Assembly (NCBI RefSeq): GCF_030684315.1
Contig: NC_081363.1
Coordinates: 47,877,540 to 47,941,539 of the forward strand
DNA: 64,000 bases
Source of the DNA: Stegostoma tigrinum
Lineage: Eukaryota
Reading direction: 5' to 3'
Numbering within the stretch: the first letter of the stretch is position 1; every line of letters begins with the position of its first letter. Positions 62,521 through 64,000 of the stretch are shown piece by piece. Position numbers and translations under genes: made by a program. Below the pieces are notes generated by a model. That model saw only the letters and a program-made list of their open reading frames with translations. It made no database searches and was not told where the DNA came from.

Positions 62521-64000
62521 TATTTTTCTCTGTCTGTGTATTTACCATATTATGGCTGCTTTAACTATGAAGACTCCTTAATTGCTAGATCATATTAAAA
62601 TATATTTGTTAACTCCAGTGTGGAGTGTCTTGAGATGCTTTCTGTTTTAAAGGTGTTATATTAATGCAAAAATGGTGTATCTTGCAAAGTGCACTGACTT
62701 TATACTCAGTGAATTTATACTTACTTCTGTTTCTGTCCTTCTTAAATTTTACTTGTTACGCTAATCAGTGCATTGAAAAGCTCTGCAATCTGTTGCTAAA
62801 CACGTTAAGAACTCTTGATATATTTTAGATAGTCCTCTGTCAGCAGGTGGGTGTTTTTTTTAAAGAAATGTGTTCCACTATACTGTGGTTCACCTAATGA
62901 TCCAGAGATGATTGCCTTTATGGTTTTGTTTCTTCATTTGACACTTAACTTCTCTTACTCCCTCAGCAGAACTTTTTTCCTCATTCCACCTATGTTGTTG
63001 GTGCCCGTGTGGAGCACAAAGGCTGGATGCTCCTCTCATGACTGCAAATTCTTTTCCAGAATGCATAGACTGAATGATGGCCAGGCAGACAAGACAGTAC
63101 CTGGATTCTTGTGCCCTGCTGCAAAAAAAACATGGAAATCCCCACATGGTCTGTTACATTCCTTTTCATTCCCTCCAACTTCCAGAGCCCCAATGACACA
63201 GCCTATTAGCTTAGCTTCTATTTTGAAAGTCAAAGTGGTGAGTGGAAACATATCACCGTTTTTTTTTCATTATCACTGGGACAAAATCATGGAACTCTTT
63301 CCCCAGCAGCAAAGTGGGAATACATGGACCAAAAGGACTGCATTGCAAGAGCAATTCACTATGTCAGCTTCAAGGCCAAAAAGGGATCGGCAATAAATAC
63401 TGGAGCAATCAGCAAAGTCCACATCTCCTGAATCAGCAGCAAAAATAACTGTCCAAAAGTCCAACTATATGATAAGGGCAGTCCAAAAAAAATCCTGCAG
63501 CACCAAATTAAACATGACAAATGATCCAATTCAATGTACTTCATATTTCAATGATCTTTCCAACCTAATGCATCTCCTCACACAATCATTTGTACTTCAA
63601 TTGGACAAAGATTTGATGAACAAAAAAAAACAAGTATTCTATTCTCAAATGTATCTAGTTGGAAAAAGTCAATTTTTAATGAAATTGATATCGGAAGGAA
63701 CTCACCCAAAACATAGCTGCAAGTGGATCGTAAAGCAGAAGGTGGAGTTCAGGCCACGGTTCAGCCAAGCATGATTTTATTGAATGACAGAATAGGCTTG
63801 AAAGTCTGTATTGATCACACAGGTTCCTCATGATCCCACCAAGATTCCATTCATTTTAATTAGTTCCATATCCTGGCTATAGTTGCTTGCAAATAAAAAC
63901 AGATTATATTTGCCAGTATAGTAGCGTACTTTCTACCGCTGAGTAGATAAAGAAATTAACAAGCAAGGGACAGTATGTGGATGAGAAGACTGCCACCCTG

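Noticed and set aside
62851-63396. 181-aa ORF near the window end
   Set aside because: No recognisable protein; overlaps degenerate repeat sequence

Overview
Eukaryotic genomic DNA, almost certainly a shark/elasmobranch (inferred from HE1-type V-SINE, Deu-SINE, shark-type CR1 LINEs and Neptune-type Penelope elements). The only clear host protein-coding gene is a six-exon galectin-3 (lgals3) on the + strand (ATG 4554 to TAA 25711, about 220 aa) with a CpG-island promoter containing a 35-bp VNTR. It has an ATG-only first exon, a 12-nt microexon and a non-canonical sugar-binding motif (HFSARF instead of HFNPRF). A second CpG-island promoter with an apparently non-coding first exon lies at about 53950-54660. 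Most of the rest is retroelement debris. The most striking pattern is that 8 Penelope-like (RT + GIY-YIG) insertions of 0.14-3.3 kb share one architecture: two 3' ends pointing outwards as an inverted repeat, only one carrying a ~30-nt extra tail, the unit flanked by a 10-16 bp target-site duplication. The large copies have a minimal hammerhead-ribozyme motif in each arm, and several of the small MITE-like copies invert at or next to the hammerhead. Coordinates were counted by eye, and boundaries of old repeats are approximate.
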